From: Octopus sinensis
Taxonomy: Eukaryota
Length of the DNA stretch: 64,000 bases
Direction: 5' to 3'
Assembly (NCBI RefSeq): GCF_006345805.1
Contig: NC_042999.1
Coordinates: 26,598,001-26,662,000, forward strand
The position numbers were made by a program, and so were the translations under genes. The notes below the pieces were generated by a model. The model worked only from the letters and a program-made list of their open reading frames with translations, did not search any database and had not been told where the DNA came from. Every line of letters begins with the position of its first letter. Within the stretch, counting starts at the first letter, position 1. Shown piece after piece: positions 25,701 through 40,150 of the stretch.

Positions 25701-28275
25701 ATGTAAGTGCCTACCTACATAGCCTACCACGACTCTCGACAAGAAGGCAGGGTGCTGCGAAGGTGCCATCACGGCGGCGGAAGTGCGGGAAGCGATGGCA
25801 GAATGCTCGAGGGACAAATCACCGGGTTTGGATGGTCTACCCTACGAGCTTTACAATTGTATGCCAGACTTGTTTGGAGATCTCTTGGCGGCGGTGTACT
25901 GCAACTGGCAGCAAAACGGGAGCATTCCTGGTTTTGTGAGCCGAGGAGCCGTAACACTGCTGAAGAAAGATCTAAACAAGGGAAATGTAATAGATAACTT
26001 TAGGCCCATCACTCTGCTTAATGCAGACTTGAAAATTTTGGCCAAGGTGCTAGCCAAGAGGTTGGCGCTTGTCATCGAGAAACTGGTCGACAAGGCGCAA
26101 ACATGCGCCGTGCCAGGCCGGACTCCATGACAACCTCCATCTGATGCGCTACATCATAGACAGGGTAGTTAACGAACCTGGCATGGGTGGGGCCCTGATC
26201 AACTTGGATCAATCAAAAGCCTTTGATAGGGTAGACCATCGATACTTGGAGGCAGTCCTGAGAGCGGCTGGTTTCGGTCCCGTCTTCCGCGGCTGGATAG
26301 CTGCCTTGTACAGAGCATCCGTTCGGTAATTCCGTAAATGGACATCTATATCGAGACCTTTCGACATTGCACGTTCGGTCCGTCAGGGATGCCCCCTCTC
26401 GGCGCGCTTCTATACGTATTGACTCTTGAGCCACTACTGCGGAAGCTGGCGACTCTAAGGGGCATCCCGCGAGAATTGGGATGCGGGACGAGCGTGTCTG
26501 CATACGCGGACGACGTCACCGTCATAGTGTCTAGCCTCGAGCACATCGAGCTGGTCGGCGAGACACTGAAAAACTACGAAGCGGTGACAGGAGCGAAAAT
26601 CAACCGGGAAAAGTCAGTGGGCTTGCGACTAGGCACCTGGAGAAGCAAGCCCATGCCGTCCACCAGCGCCTCCGTCGTGGGACGCTGGACCGACGGCCCG
26701 GTTGAGTTGCTCGGGGTCTGGTTTGGTCCGGACCTCCAAGTGGAGAAGAACTGGAACGAGATAACGAGTAGGGTGGTCACTCTCGCCCGGCAATGGGCCG
26801 AGAGGAAACTGTCCCTAAAAGGTCGAGCGGAGGTGGCGAACACGTACATCGCGTCCGTCATCTACTACCGCCTGACCGTCGTACCTTGTCCGACCCCCAT
26901 CACCAAACTCACAAACTACAAGCATCCTCTTCTTTCTTCTTGGAAAGGATGCGTCCCGATGGTCAGGCGATCCATTTGCTGTCAACACCCGTTAAAAGGA
27001 GGGCTGGGCATGCCGTGGATGATGATGCGCAGACACGCGCTGAGACTGCGACATCTCTGGCTCTATGTAGACGACGGTGAACAGGTGTGGTCGCCGTTTG
27101 TGAGGCACGCTTTCCGCAGCTCGTCTCCATGACCGAACTGCAGTCGTGGATCAAAAAGAGGCCGAGGAGGGCGAATGGCACGCGAGTGTCGCGTTGCTCT
27201 CAATCAACTCTGCCGTCCTGGGTCGACCTTAAGTGACTTCAACACAACCAAAGCATTCTATAGGGGTTTAGTGGAGGGGAGGTACGACGACGAGCTCGGG
27301 GCGAACCTGGACGTCGACGAGGAGTACCTGAACCGCCTGTTCGGGACGACTTTCGGGCCAGGGCCCATGGACAACTTCCAGAGATCCCTTGGCCTGGCAG
27401 TGCTACCGAGAAGCGCTACCCGTTCGGGATAAGCTCTACAGACACGGCTCGAGAAACACGGGGCCGACCTGCCGAGATGCGGTCAGAGCGACGAAACCGT
27501 TCTGCACGCACTCGTTCAGTGTCCACAATTTCCGACCTGTGGGCTTATGTCGAACAACTGCTGTCACGTGTGGGACTAGTCGGTTTATCAGCTGAGTCTA
27601 TCGTCAATATTGTCACGCCTCCTTCCTTCAAACGGGAAGGAAGAGCTATTTTCATCATCCTTGTGGCTATGGCGAAAGAATGTTTCTGGTGGACGCGTCT
27701 GAAAGGATTGGAGACAAACACTTTCTCTCTGGTCAATCTCTCATCAACTTCTTCAGTACCACTTGAAAAGGAAAGTGAGAGTAGAGAGGCAAGTTTTGTC
27801 TAGCGAATGTTTTAAAAAAAGATGGGTGAATGTAGCAAGAATGGCACGTATGAATGACGAAGCCACCTTGAGCATAGTCCTATGAACCTAGAAATCGAAA
27901 ACAGAGAGTTGCTTATTTGCAAAAAAAAAAAAAAAAAAAAGAAATATAAAATGTGACTTCATTGACCGAGGTTACCGTGGTCTTTTCCGCAGGCTTTTCT
28001 TTCCACGGGAAACCTCACCTGTCCTCCCCCTTACACTTCATATTGACATTTCTGTGATAACGATCCCTATTGATCTTTTTTTTTCCTCCCCCCCCCCCTT
28101 TTTTTTTTTTTTTAACCCCCCTTATTTTTGTCCTCTTTCTCTCTCTTTTACGATCCTTTTGATCGAACCTCCCCCTTCCTTTTTTTTTTTTTTTTTTTTT
28201 AATACCTTCAAAGAAAAGCTCTACCTTGTAATTGTTCTATCTGTGTGCAGCCCTGTGTGGCTAATAAAGAAACAT
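25700..28275 (+). mobile_element. 5'-truncated Tx1-like (L1 clade) LINE: RT, zf-RVT-like region, 3' UTR
   Basis: KSPGLDGLPYELY, NFRPITLLNADLKILAKVLA, LDQSKAFDRVDH, SAYADDVT, KGGLG, CPRCGQSDETVLH. GC-rich with single-base frameshifts; AATAAA then (TCTA)n. Confidence 0.93.
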
Positions 28276-28649
28276 ATCTATCTATCTATCTATCTATCTA
28301 TTTATCTATCTAACTAACTACCTGATTGGCTGTTGTCGCTTTAGTCTGCATAATTCTAAACAATTTCTCGTATTTATTTATGTTTGCCTACATTGAATTT
28401 TTGCCAAAAGTTGGTTAACAACATCAGCTTTCGTGTGTTTGAATCGGTCTTCTGAAAATCCATCACCTGCAGGTTTCAAATATTTTTTTTCAATCTGTCC
28501 TGAAAAATGGATAACTTGGCTGAAGCGGTCAACGTTCCATCTTCGTTCATGGACATTAATTTCCCTGCATAGCCGAATGCTGCTGGGAAGAGAGAAAGCA
28601 TTGAATCAATTCACACACGCACATGCACACACACAGTTGAACAACGTCA

Positions 28650-30881
28650 ACACAAACTGACAACAGAGTTCAAAGCAAGCAAGTAGGAAAGGAAAGCAAG
28701 AAGAATGAACAAAAGTCTACTGCCACCATCGTTGCCACAACCACCACCACTACCACCAACACCACCACCAACACGAACAGACTAAGTAACTTTGCTTCAG
28801 TTTTGAGGCAAAAAGAACGATTTGTTTCATTTACGCCACAACAATTAATGGAAACAACACACCATTTATCTGAGGGTAAGCACACAACTCATTTTAGAAA
28901 ATAGTAACAAAAAACTATTATATACAACACAATAAATTTTAAAATGAGAAAATCCGAAAACATGAATCAACAAATAATTGAATCATGTTTAAGGTCCATA
29001 TGGGCACATAAAATAAATATACATTACAAGCGGCAAAAGATTTTCCACAGTCGAAGTAAGGTTTAACACAGAGGAGCAATCCAAAGCCCTTTCTACAGAA
29101 TCACTTGCGTCTGATGAAATAGTAATGCTCCCTACGTACCTAGGTCCTAGGGTCACAAAAATAAAAACCAAAGATCTACCCCCTGAAATTGAAGCACAAT
29201 GGCTGATGTCATCCATTTGCAACAATTTCGAAGAAGTTATTAACATCGGTAATTTTACCGTCCTAGATCAAAACTGGATAGGCCAGGCTTTCGAAATCTT
29301 AGTTCAAACCATCCAAGAAACGATAGAAAATATTACAGATCTGATAAAACTGCCAGACGGTACCACCTTACACATTGCCGTTGAAGGCAGAAAATCACGC
29401 TGTCACATCTGTGGAAGCAAAAATCAGTTAAAATTAACTGCACAGTATTAAAGGAGCAATAGTAACAACAATAGCAAAAACAACAACTACAAAAACAACC
29501 AAAACGAAAGAAAATAAAAAAAATCAGTACTGTTAACCAGATCGCCATATGCATAGCTGATAAAACAGGTTTACCAACAAATGAGAGAGTATCAACAACC
29601 AACAAGCTAGTCCAAACAAACGACACTACCATCATTCGGAATGCTCACAGCAGCCATATTCCTACCGCTCTATGTCACGCTGGTGAGACCCATACTAGTG
29701 TACGGGATTCAAGCCTCTTCTCCTAATTTCCTCAAAGACATACATCATCTCGAAAGAATCCAGAAGCTGGCTACCCGCATGGTTCTTGGTCTCAAGCATT
29801 TGTCTTATGAAGAAAGGCTGAATACGCTCGACCTTTATTCTCCAGAAAAACGACGACGCCGTGGTGATCTCATTCTCTCTCACAACATCATAAGCGGAAG
29901 GTGTAACCTCTCGAAAGAGCTGTTCTTCACTCCTGATCCAGAGCGTGGGCTGCGGGATCATTCCGAAAAGCTCTATCTACGACGATATCATCTCAATCGA
30001 AGAAGAGGGGCTTTCTCCGTCCCCCTTGCGGATCCGTGGAATAAGCTGCCGGACAAGATAGTGAAGATGCCGACGACCGCTTGGTTCAAAGTCTCTCTTG
30101 ACCAGAAATGGCCTGAACTCTTTGCATGAACACCCTCCTTGTACATAACTCCATGTCCCCCTACATGGCCTTGCTTTTTGCTTTTTCAGCCAAAAAATTT
30201 ACTTAACTTAACTTAATTATCACCAACACCACCACCAATAACAACAACTATAGAAGCACCAAAAGAAGAGAAATAAACAAAAGGACACATACTCCACCTC
30301 CAAAACCCAAACACTACATCTCAACTGTCAGCAACCAGCACCAACACCAACACCAACCACAAAATCTTCATTAACACACTCAGAAATAGACCCCAATACC
30401 CCCACATCCCACTTTCTGATTCCGTCGGCATTTCGTCAGATGAAGGAGAGACGGAGGAATGGCAAGTGGCCGCAGTGGGGAGGACAAAAGGGGAAAAAGA
30501 ATAGAGAAGCAAACAAACAAAGCAGGGAGATTTACCACTCCCGAAACCAAAACACCCGCACAAAATAAAAGCATTAACACAAACACAGAAGCACGCAAGG
30601 AATTCACAATGCTGATAGCAATAAACACAAACAATTCAGACCTGATGCAATACATTAGGCCAAACACCAACATAACAAAAGATAATGTCAAAACAAACAA
30701 TCACCCAAGCACAACCCCACCACAAAACAAAAATCTTACCCGTGACACAAAACACACAATACACTGAAAGTTCTCTACCCTAATGCACTTGAGAGATTTC
30801 AAAAATACTTATAAAAAAAATTGTGCAAAGCTCCGGACAGAATTTTGAGAGGAGGAGAACAACCAACTTTCGAACTGTAAG

Positions 30882-30948
<67 letters not shown>

Positions 30949-32210
30949 CTTTTCCTTTTCCTTTCGCGTGTAAACACAACTTTCGATAAGAACATGCTTA
31001 GAATAGGTTGTATAAATGTGCGTGGATTGGGTCGCCTTGGAAACAAGGCTACCTGTTAAATGTGCCGAGAGGAAGCTATCCCTAAAAGGTCGGGCGTAGG
31101 TGACGAACGCGTGCATCGTATCCGTCATCTTTTATCTTCTGACCCGACCTTACCATCATCAATCTGGAACGCATACTCTTCCGCAGGCGATCCATTTGCT
31201 GTCAACACCCGCTAAATGGAGGGCTGGGCATGTCATGGTTGATGATGCGCAGACATTTACCGAGACTGTGATACTCTCCAGCACTTCATAGACGACAGTG
31301 AACCGGTGTGGTCGCCGTTTGTGAGACGCACTTTCCTGCAACTCGTCTCTTTGGCCGAATTGCAGTCGTAACTCAAACAGAAACCAAGGCTTGGTGAATG
31401 GCACCGAGAGTGTCGCTATGGTCTCGAGCAAATCTGCCGTCCGGGATCCAATTTGTGCGGCTTCAACTCCACGTAGGCGTTCAATAGAGGAATAGTGGAG
31501 GGGAGTTGCGACGACGTTCTTGGGGAGAATCTGGTCGTCGACGAACACCTGACCCGCCACTTCAGGACTACTTTCGGGCTGGGGCCTATGGACAATCACC
31601 AGAGATCCTTGGCCTGGCAGTGCTATCGGGAAGATAATTTTTATAGACACAGTTCAAGAAACACCGAACCGACCTGCCCGAGATGCGGTCAGAGCGACGA
31701 AACCTTTCTGCACGCACAGGGGCAGTGTCCAACCATTTCAGACCTGTGGGCCTATGTTGAACAGCTGCTGTCACGTATAGGACGAATTCGGTTATCGGCC
31801 GAATCTATCGTGAATATTGCTCCGCCACCTTCCTTTAACCGGAAAGGCTGAGCATTTGTCACCATACTGTTGTCTATGGTGAGAGGATGTGTATGGTGGA
31901 CGCGTTTGAAAGCTTTAGAGAACAACACATTCCTCTCTGGCTAATCGCTCATCAACTTTTTGAAGTACCACTTCAAAAGAAAAGTGAGAATAGTGAGGGA
32001 ATCTTTGTCTCATGATAGTTTCAATAAAAGGTGGGTGAATGTAGGAAAGACGGTACGCGAGGATGACGAAACCAGTTTGAGCACGATCCTGTAAATCCAA
32101 GAGAGAGAGAGAGATAGAGCCATTTGCTCTAATGTGTTGATAGAGCCATTTGCTCTCCCTGCCTGAGGTTGTCATGTTCTCTTTCATAGGCTTTTCTTTC
32201 CATTGATAAA
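28650..32210 (+). mobile_element. Second, older Tx1-like element: decayed gag-like ORF1 and internally deleted ORF2
   Basis: ORF1 zinc-knuckle-like VEGRKSRCHICGSKN. ORF2 start MLRIGCINVRGL at about 30994 is joined at about 31060 to AERKLSLKGRA. 31060-32210 is homologous to 26795-28010. Assignment of ORF1 to the same element is inferred. Confidence 0.75.
29635..30218 (+). mobile_element. CR1-clade LINE 3' fragment nested in the Tx1 ORF1
   Basis: LYVTLVRPILVYG, LERIQKLATRMV.GLKHLSYEERL, RRRRGDLI, WNKLP, FKVSLD; (TAACT)n tail. Confidence 0.88.
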
Positions 32211-33659
32211 CCAAATATGTATTACACTTTTACTCCCTATTTAGGGAACTCTATTATAAACGGAGCATTGTTATTTCGCTGTTTACACGCCCCAAACGCT
32301 TTCGATCCGTTTTGATCGGGTTGTTTTTTGTAAAGAAAGGTTCTACGTATATACATACATATATCTGTATGTATATACGTATGTGCGTATGCGTTTGTGT
32401 GTGTTTGTGTGTGTATGTGTGTGTCCCCGCGTGTGTGCACGTGTCTGCATTTCTGTCTGCCTGCTGTCATTCACCATTCTTACATCATTGCTTCTGCAGT
32501 CTGAACTTCTTTTTCTATTAGTGCTTCGCTATTTATTGCAGGCCGTAGTTTTCATTCCGATATAGAATACTCACGCTCCCGTCTTCAGACAGTACTCGAG
32601 GTCTTGGTGCACACAGGTCAACTAATGAGATTATTTCAAATGATCTTTATTTGTGTAGTATTTCATTTGATATAAAGAAGCTGTATGTGTAACGTTATTG
32701 CATGCAATTCATGTTTCCTTTGAGACAAGAAGATAAAATTGCAGCGACATCATTTCTGTTCCCGTTCTTTACTTTTATAAAACATAGGGAATATATAACA
32801 GATTGTGTGAGAAATTTTGTGTGAATCGTTTCTAGGAGAAACCATTCACGTATAAAAACAAAAAAATGTTACATATATTACGTTATATAATTTCGCTTAT
32901 ATAACCCTTGGTGATAATAAATATAGATGTTACATTCTGTAAAAAAAAAATACAGTAAACAGATGTTATAAAGTATTGCAGTCAATTGTATTATTAACGC
33001 TTAGATACGAATATTCAAATCTACATACTACTGGAGGGTTGATATTCACCAACATAGTTTTGATGACTGTGCTCGTAGAAATAAAGATATTCACCAATAA
33101 AGTTACAAATTCTTCGGAAACTAGACTGCAATATCAAATTTTTTTGAACAAAAACGTCCAGGTTTATATACCTGTTTAGGTCTCTTAATTAAATTGATAT
33201 CAGTATGTGATATGTAGTGTTACATACGGAGAGGAAAGAAGCCGAGGAATGTAGGAATAAAAGAATCAAAAGCTGGTAGAAAATGGAATATACATTCTGT
33301 GGGAAGGGTGATTGTGTTTACAGTTTCGTTCGTTTTCATACCAACCTGAACTTTGTATACTGGGGTTAAAACATTCACGAAAAGTGCGTAAGTACTCTAA
33401 CCTGAAACGAACTATGGTATCATAATGCAAAAGTGAATGTTGATAACATTGCTGTCATAGAAACAGATTATTATAAAACCGCTTCGAAAATGAATCATAC
33501 AGCATAGAAAACAGTTATAAGAAAACGTATTAAAAATTTCATAAGATTGTATAGGCTTCGTTCTGCTACTGGTATCAAATAGAAAGTGATGAGAGACAGT
33601 GTCAGATGACGTTGAGCCGTCCTCTCTCATATGTTCATGTTATGCGCAAGTAATGACAT

Positions 33660-34850
33660 CACACCATTACAGACATACCTTCATCTTCTGTGACGATGGA
33701 CCAATGTCAGCTGCAGAATGGGTGCACTGGGATCTGTAGTCACCAATCTACACACTCCTCAATGACCAAAGCAGCAGTGGAGTTCGGAAGACCCTGAGTG
33801 TCTGAGCATCCCGGTCTAGGATTTCTCTGCTTAAAATCATGGCATGAGAAAGGGGCTAGAAACGGTGCCTTAAACATTGCCCGCTTCACCACACCGTGGC
33901 TTACATACCGCGACACGCGGAGATCTGCACCTTTCAGTCGGAGATATCGTACATTATTGGGACATGGAATGTTCGATCATGGACAGTTGTAAAGCAAACA
34001 GACCTGAATGAAGGACAACACATGCCGCAAGAGAATGTCACTAGCACAACACCCATATTGCAGTACAGTGGAAGACCAGGCGTGCAGACTAAAAGCTAAA
34101 CTGCTTCCAAATGAACTTCCTGAGAAAGTTGTTGAACTTCACCTGGAAAGACAAGGTCCCAGACGAGGAATTACCCTCTCGATCAGATCTGCCAAGCATT
34201 TACACACTACTAAGAAGAGCGCAGGTCAGGTGGGGAGGCCTTCTTGCTCGAATGCTTGACGCACGACTCACCAAAATACCTATTTCTTTACTACCCACAA
34301 GGGGCTAAACATAGAGGGGACAAACAAGGACAAATAGACGGATTAAGTCGATTATATCGACCCCAGTGCGTAACTGGTACTTAATTTATCGACCCCGAAA
34401 AGATGAAAGGCAAAGTCGACCTCGGCGGAATTTGAACTCAGAACGTAACGGCAGACGAAATACGGCTACGCATTTCGTCCGGCGTGCTAACGATTCTGCC
34501 AGCTCACCAAAATACCGTTTTACCACGAACTGGTGGAAAGTAAGCTCTTACAAGGTGGACAAAAAAAGCGCTTCATGTCTCAAAGCCTCATTGAATTACT
34601 TTGAAATCAATAATAGTACCTAGGTAATGCAGTACAGTACTGCCCTGCACAGCGAAGCTGCACCAACAGAGGCGGACCACCTGCGAGAAGAAGAGAATAA
34701 TAGGAATCCTACGAATAGTAGAGGGTTACAGGAGCACAAAGAAAACATGCGGCAGAGCAATCCATGCATGCCTCAGACTGGTCGGTCATGGCTGGGCACA
34801 TCGTAAACTATCTTCTCATAAGTGAGGTCCTTGGTCAACGGACAAACATT
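33660..34850 (+). mobile_element. Internally deleted RTE-clade LINE
   Basis: Endonuclease start IIGTWNVRS lies about 150 bp from post-RT LRKLLNFTWKDKVP...AQVRWGG..ARMLDARLTKI; GGQKKR follows the SINE. Confidence 0.75.
34277..34507 (-). mobile_element. SINE family B (central domain resembles the MetaSINE domain)
   Basis: Core gtcgactttgcctttcatcttttcggggtcgataaattaagtaccag; TSD ctcaccaaaatacc (34267-34280, 34503-34516). Confidence 0.88.
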
Positions 34851-34869
34851 ATTTGATTTCCTACTGAAT

Positions 34870-35642
34870 GTTATCCAGTCTCCCGTACTGGTGGAAAATT
34901 TGTGCTGATGCTGTTGATCTTACTTTTTTGTTCTTGTTGGAAGCTTTGTTGATACTCTCGCGAAGACCAATGAAAGGAAGATATTACATTATATAGTAAA
35001 TTTGATGGTATCGGAGTTGTAGGAAAAGCACATGCCGGTACTGCTGCAACAGGATATGCTTTTATAAAGATTTTTGGTAAGGCTGCAACTGATGCCTTTA
35101 ATGGTTTCACCGAATACCGGGGAGGATCGTGAACGTACAATATTCCTGTAGATATAACGACCAGGGTTAGGATTAGCGGCAGATTTCAGGGTTACGATTT
35201 GATTTTCATTAGGGTGTTGGTGCTGTTGTAGCAAGCCGCTATGATTCAAGTTGCTTTTATTAACAGATCATCTTGTTCCTGTTTCATGAATGAAACTGAA
35301 GTGACTGTAAGGGCAGAGCATCACGTATAAAGGATGGCAGCATATTTTTGGATTTCGTTTAAGGTGTGTTGTTGTTTTAAGAGGCATTGTATTGCGAATA
35401 GTGTTAGGCTTACGTTGGTTTCACTTTGATGACATTGAGGCTGTGGACGTTGGAAAGATAAAAACGAGTGTTGAGGTTGAACACATGCACAAGTAACTGT
35501 AATAGTGGGGCTTGGGTTTTGTAGTGTTGACTCTGAGGCAGTGGTGAAGGGAATGGTGTTGAATTTGGTTGAATTTGGTCAATATCAGAGTTAGAAAGGA
35601 CTGGTTGAGGTTGGTCACTGAGAGCAGTCACCGAAGATGAAA

Positions 35643-35712
<70 letters not shown>

Positions 35713-36510
35713 CGTAGCAGTAGTAGTAGTAGTAGTAGGTGGAGTATGAGCAGTAATTTTAGTAGAAGATAGAAACAATGACGATGTTGATGTTGATGGG
35801 AGTGAGTCTGCTGTTGTATTGGTGGCTTAGATGACAGTATGGCTGTGGTCGACTTTGTGGCTGCTGTTACTACTGTGGTACTAGGAATTGTTGTTGCTGT
35901 TGCTGTTCCTGCCGATGGGGTTGTTATAGTCAATGGAATGTTATAAGAAACCCCTGGTCTCACGTTGTTAGAGGCGCCTCTATTTCCAGTTTTCGATGCC
36001 GAAGAGAAGGTAACTGTTCTGCAATGCAAGCATTCATCAATCTGAGTAGAGGGCACTCCGGACTGCTTTGGTATATTTACACCTTTTTATCTACAGCGAG
36101 AAATTTTCTCCATGGCAAAATGCATTGAACGGATTTTTTACGGCTTTGCATTGGTAACAATTTTAGATTTTTACCTCCTGTCCGTTGTGCAGCAGCAGTG
36201 AGCTCTCAATATGGAGAAGTAGCGGATTAACTTGGAGTAACTGCTTGATCACCGAGGTACGTACCCTGTTGAATGTCGTTATTCTGGGATTTCAGCGGAG
36301 GAACCCTATTTTAGACACCTTTATTCGCGATCGTGTTTTTCTGGTCAATACGCAAAAAATTCATTTGGATAGATGAGGAAAACCGACTAGAAGTGTTAGG
36401 CTTTTTAACAATCTCTCCTCTTTTGAGGATCGAATGTTGCAACTGGCGCAATTGTAGCGTTCAATTCACCCGCATGTCCCCGATTGCTCTCGCACACGGT
36501 CCTGAGCAAC
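34870..36510 (-). mobile_element. Decayed gag/ORF1-like region, probably Tx1-like, with a (TAG)n expansion
   Basis: Minus-strand RIKVSK..PPEIP resembles TKIKTKDLPPEI at about 29160; Thr/Gln-rich low-complexity tail. Confidence 0.4.
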
Positions 36511-37819
36511 TTAAACTTCCCCAAATGTATCAGTGGGCAAGTCTAAGTTTCTCATATTCGTATCTATGTACACACATGCACGATCACACACACATATATG
36601 CATATGAATTAATAGATGGATGTAAGTACGTTCAGCTGATCTCTAAATATGTCTTTACCATGAGATAGTTAGATTTTATGTAGCAAATATTAACGTTGTT
36701 AGAATACTTGTAATGAAAGGATATATCAAAATTATTTATAGATCAGAGAAGCTTTGGAAACTCCCGGGCATGAACGGCCATTTATATAGAGTTAAATATT
36801 TTCCAACTGTGACTATCCAGTCATATTATACCTATGAATTCATTATATATTATAAACTACGTTGAAAATGTAGGGAATAATGCTATGTTCATTTGTCAGT
36901 GCATTTCGAGAATAAAGCAGTCACTTGACTGTAGGTTTGTTCAGTACACAATCCAAATTACAGGCCTTCACTTGTCGATATGAGCGTCAAAGTTTTCGGT
37001 AGGCGTTTCAGGACTTACCAATGAAGTTACTATAACGTAATATCTTCCTTTCATCGGTCTTCGCGAGATTATATTCATGCCTCATTGAGAAGATCTACGC
37101 TGTCAGGCTTTCAAAAACTGTATTTTGCATTCTATAAGCAATGAGACAATTTCTCATGTATTCTATCTTATGCAATATCTAATGTGTGTTTCTTAAACTT
37201 GAGGTACGAAAGTCTGATTTTAGGAGGCTTCTCTTACAACTGATATCACTTAAGACGAACGAAGTGAGACGACCAATTTCGGTCCAGAGCATGATTCCTA
37301 AAAAGATACGAATAATGATTACTCACAGTGCCATTCAGCTTATAAGGTGAGATGTGCATTGTGCATTCTACAGTCATTGAAGTTTGTCAATTGACAAACT
37401 CACGCAACTAGAGATTATTTTAACGATAATGATATATTTGTTTCGTCAGAAGTCTATCCAGATTCCATAGACTAGTCTTCAAACGATTTTAGCCGTGACA
37501 ATACAGTATGTCCGTCAGATTTAAATACATGTACAGCCATACTCTTATTACGTCTCATTTCGAAAGATAGTAAGGTGAGAGGTGAGGGATATTTTCCTGC
37601 AAATTCTACCAAATAAAACGAATGTTATCAAACTCTTTTGTCAACTTCATTCTCAGAAGATTTGTGTCATAGGTGGAGGACTTTTAATTCAATGTTTCAG
37701 CCTTATCAATATCTGCATGGCTTTATATTCATAACTCACTAGAAAACTATTTCAGGAAAAGGAAACCATTGTCAGCTGATAAATATCCCCTATCAAAGTG
37801 TTCTATGTTGAGAAGAACA

Positions 37820-37861
<42 letters not shown>

Positions 37862-37961
37862 ACACACACACAATCACACTCACGCACCCAAGCACAAACG
37901 CAAAAACGCACACATACATCGGCTCAGAAATTGAAGCACAGAAACATATGATAGGATTATA

Positions 37962-38039
<78 letters not shown>

Positions 38040-38918
38040 AGAAAGGGAGGGGATAGAGTGGATATGTATGTACATATATATATATATAGCGAGAAAGAGA
38101 GAGAGAATACGAGATGCAGAAAAAGGCAAGTCGAGAAATATAAATGAAAGAAATCATAAAAATAATTTGAGCAAGAATAAGGAGAATGATAAACAGTAAA
38201 ATAACTAATAAAAAATGGGGAAAAAATTAGGAAAAAATAATAGAGCTAATTTATAGACTAAAATGTAAAGATGTGATTGAGGAGAGGGAGAAAGTGAAAT
38301 AGAAAAGTTCTTAGAACAGAGATAATGAATGTGTAAGAACGAATGTCTAAAGAATTAAATAGTGATAGCGTGGAAGTCCTGCGAAGGAGGGAAACAAACG
38401 TATACAACTAGAGAAAGAGGGAAGATGCGAAAAAATAAATGAAAGACGTTGGCGAGAGAGTGAGGCTGATAGATGTGGGAGAGAAAGATAGAGTGTGTGG
38501 GAATGAGAGGGAAAGAAGGGAGACATCACAAATAAATAAGTGTTCTGGTGGAGTAGAGAATTGAGGAAAGAGATGAAGGGACTGAAATTCCTTAGTGATG
38601 TATTGTGACGTGAAGCGTGATGCAAGGTACCTTTATGGCTAAGTTTATAAATGGAGACTGAGAATGGAATTCGGATGTTCGTCACCATTGTGCATTTGAT
38701 TTATTAATAGAGATATCTTCATAGCTACTAATGAATTGTTTGAATGTATACGTCTTTTTGTTTGCTAATATATTTTTACTGCTTGGAAAGTATTCCATTG
38801 CGCCTACGCAAGCCTATTTCAGTACGTCTTTATTTTTAAAACATTCAGTTTCACCACACTATTCATTTGTGTGCAAATGCAGCGCACACACATACTTATA
38901 TGCATATAGAGATACCGC

Positions 38919-38997
<79 letters not shown>

Positions 38998-39147
38998 TAT
39001 ATATATATAAATACTTACATATATAATTACATATATGCATGCATAAATTCATTAATGAGTGATGTAGATATTTGTATTTAGTTTGCATATCGTCCCCCTG
39101 AGGCATCGCGCTACAGGCATTTTGTTCATGTCTGTGTATATGTATGG

Positions 39148-39193
<46 letters not shown>

Positions 39194-39234
39194 ATCTATA
39201 CATACTTGTATGAATATATGTATATGTACATATA

Positions 39235-39294
<60 letters not shown>

Positions 39295-39304
39295 AACATA
39301 TATA

Positions 39305-39656
39305 ATCAAAATAAGCAACAATGATATCCAGAGGTAATGCAGTACGATCGTTTCATGCAACTCCAATTAATTGAAAAATGCAATCATTACATCAATTTAA
39401 AATGCAGAGCAATCTTCAGCTGCACGAAGACATAAAATTTAATTAAATTAGAACAGATAGACATATTAGTATAATTATAACTAAAATCTCCAAGAACTTA
39501 AGGAGATAGAAAAAGAATATGCTATCCCAACTCCAGTTTGGAAGTTATTGAATTTTTTAAAGAAGATATGCATTGCTACGACTCTGCCTGTCACTGATAT
39601 TTTGTTTTGTTTTGTTTTTATGGGGTCTGTTTTAATTTATAGACTAGGTTATCAAA
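39305..39656 (-). mobile_element. HHR-bearing repeat family H3, copy with intact core
   Basis: Aligns with 20670-20998; abuts (TA)n; lies directly upstream of a PLE GIY-YIG fragment. Confidence 0.75.
39338..39424 (-). ncRNA. Type I hammerhead ribozyme motif with long stem II and GUA cleavage triplet
   Basis: Minus strand: tgcag-CTGAAGA-(about 58 nt imperfect hairpin incl. aattga/tcaatt)-GAAA-c gatc g-TA-ctgca. Stem III is the palindrome ACGATCGT. Confidence 0.8.
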
Positions 39657-40150
39657 CAAATTTCATAATAATAATTTAACTAGTATTAATCATAGCTACA
39701 GTAGAACTATTACAAACAATAAATATAACCGTATTTTAAATATATGCACATGTGAAGACAAATCAAAATTTTGGCTTAATAATTATTGCAATCTAGATAA
39801 TGTCATTTATAAATGTATAGTAACATCTAATAATAATGATAAAAATATTAATAATAAAGAATATATTGGATCCACAGCGAACGAAATTAAAAGAAGAATT
39901 TACCAGCATTATCAGTCTTTCAAAAATCTCATATTAAAAATTCTATAGGTCTAAGTAAATACATATGGGAGTTAAAATCTAATAAAATAGAATGCACCCA
40001 TACTTGGTATATTATTTGTAGAGTGAACTCATATAAAATAGGTAACAACACGTACAACATAGCTTATGAAAATACTCCATTCGAGAGAGTTATCATTAAA
40101 CAGTAATGAAGAGAGAGGAATAAAATTCCGACACAGGAATAGCTACGTAT
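39655..40150 (+). mobile_element. Penelope-like element GIY-YIG endonuclease remnant
   Basis: Translation CTC..., NVIYKCIV...EYIGSTANEIKRRIYQHYQSFKN, LSKYIWELK. Confidence 0.85.
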
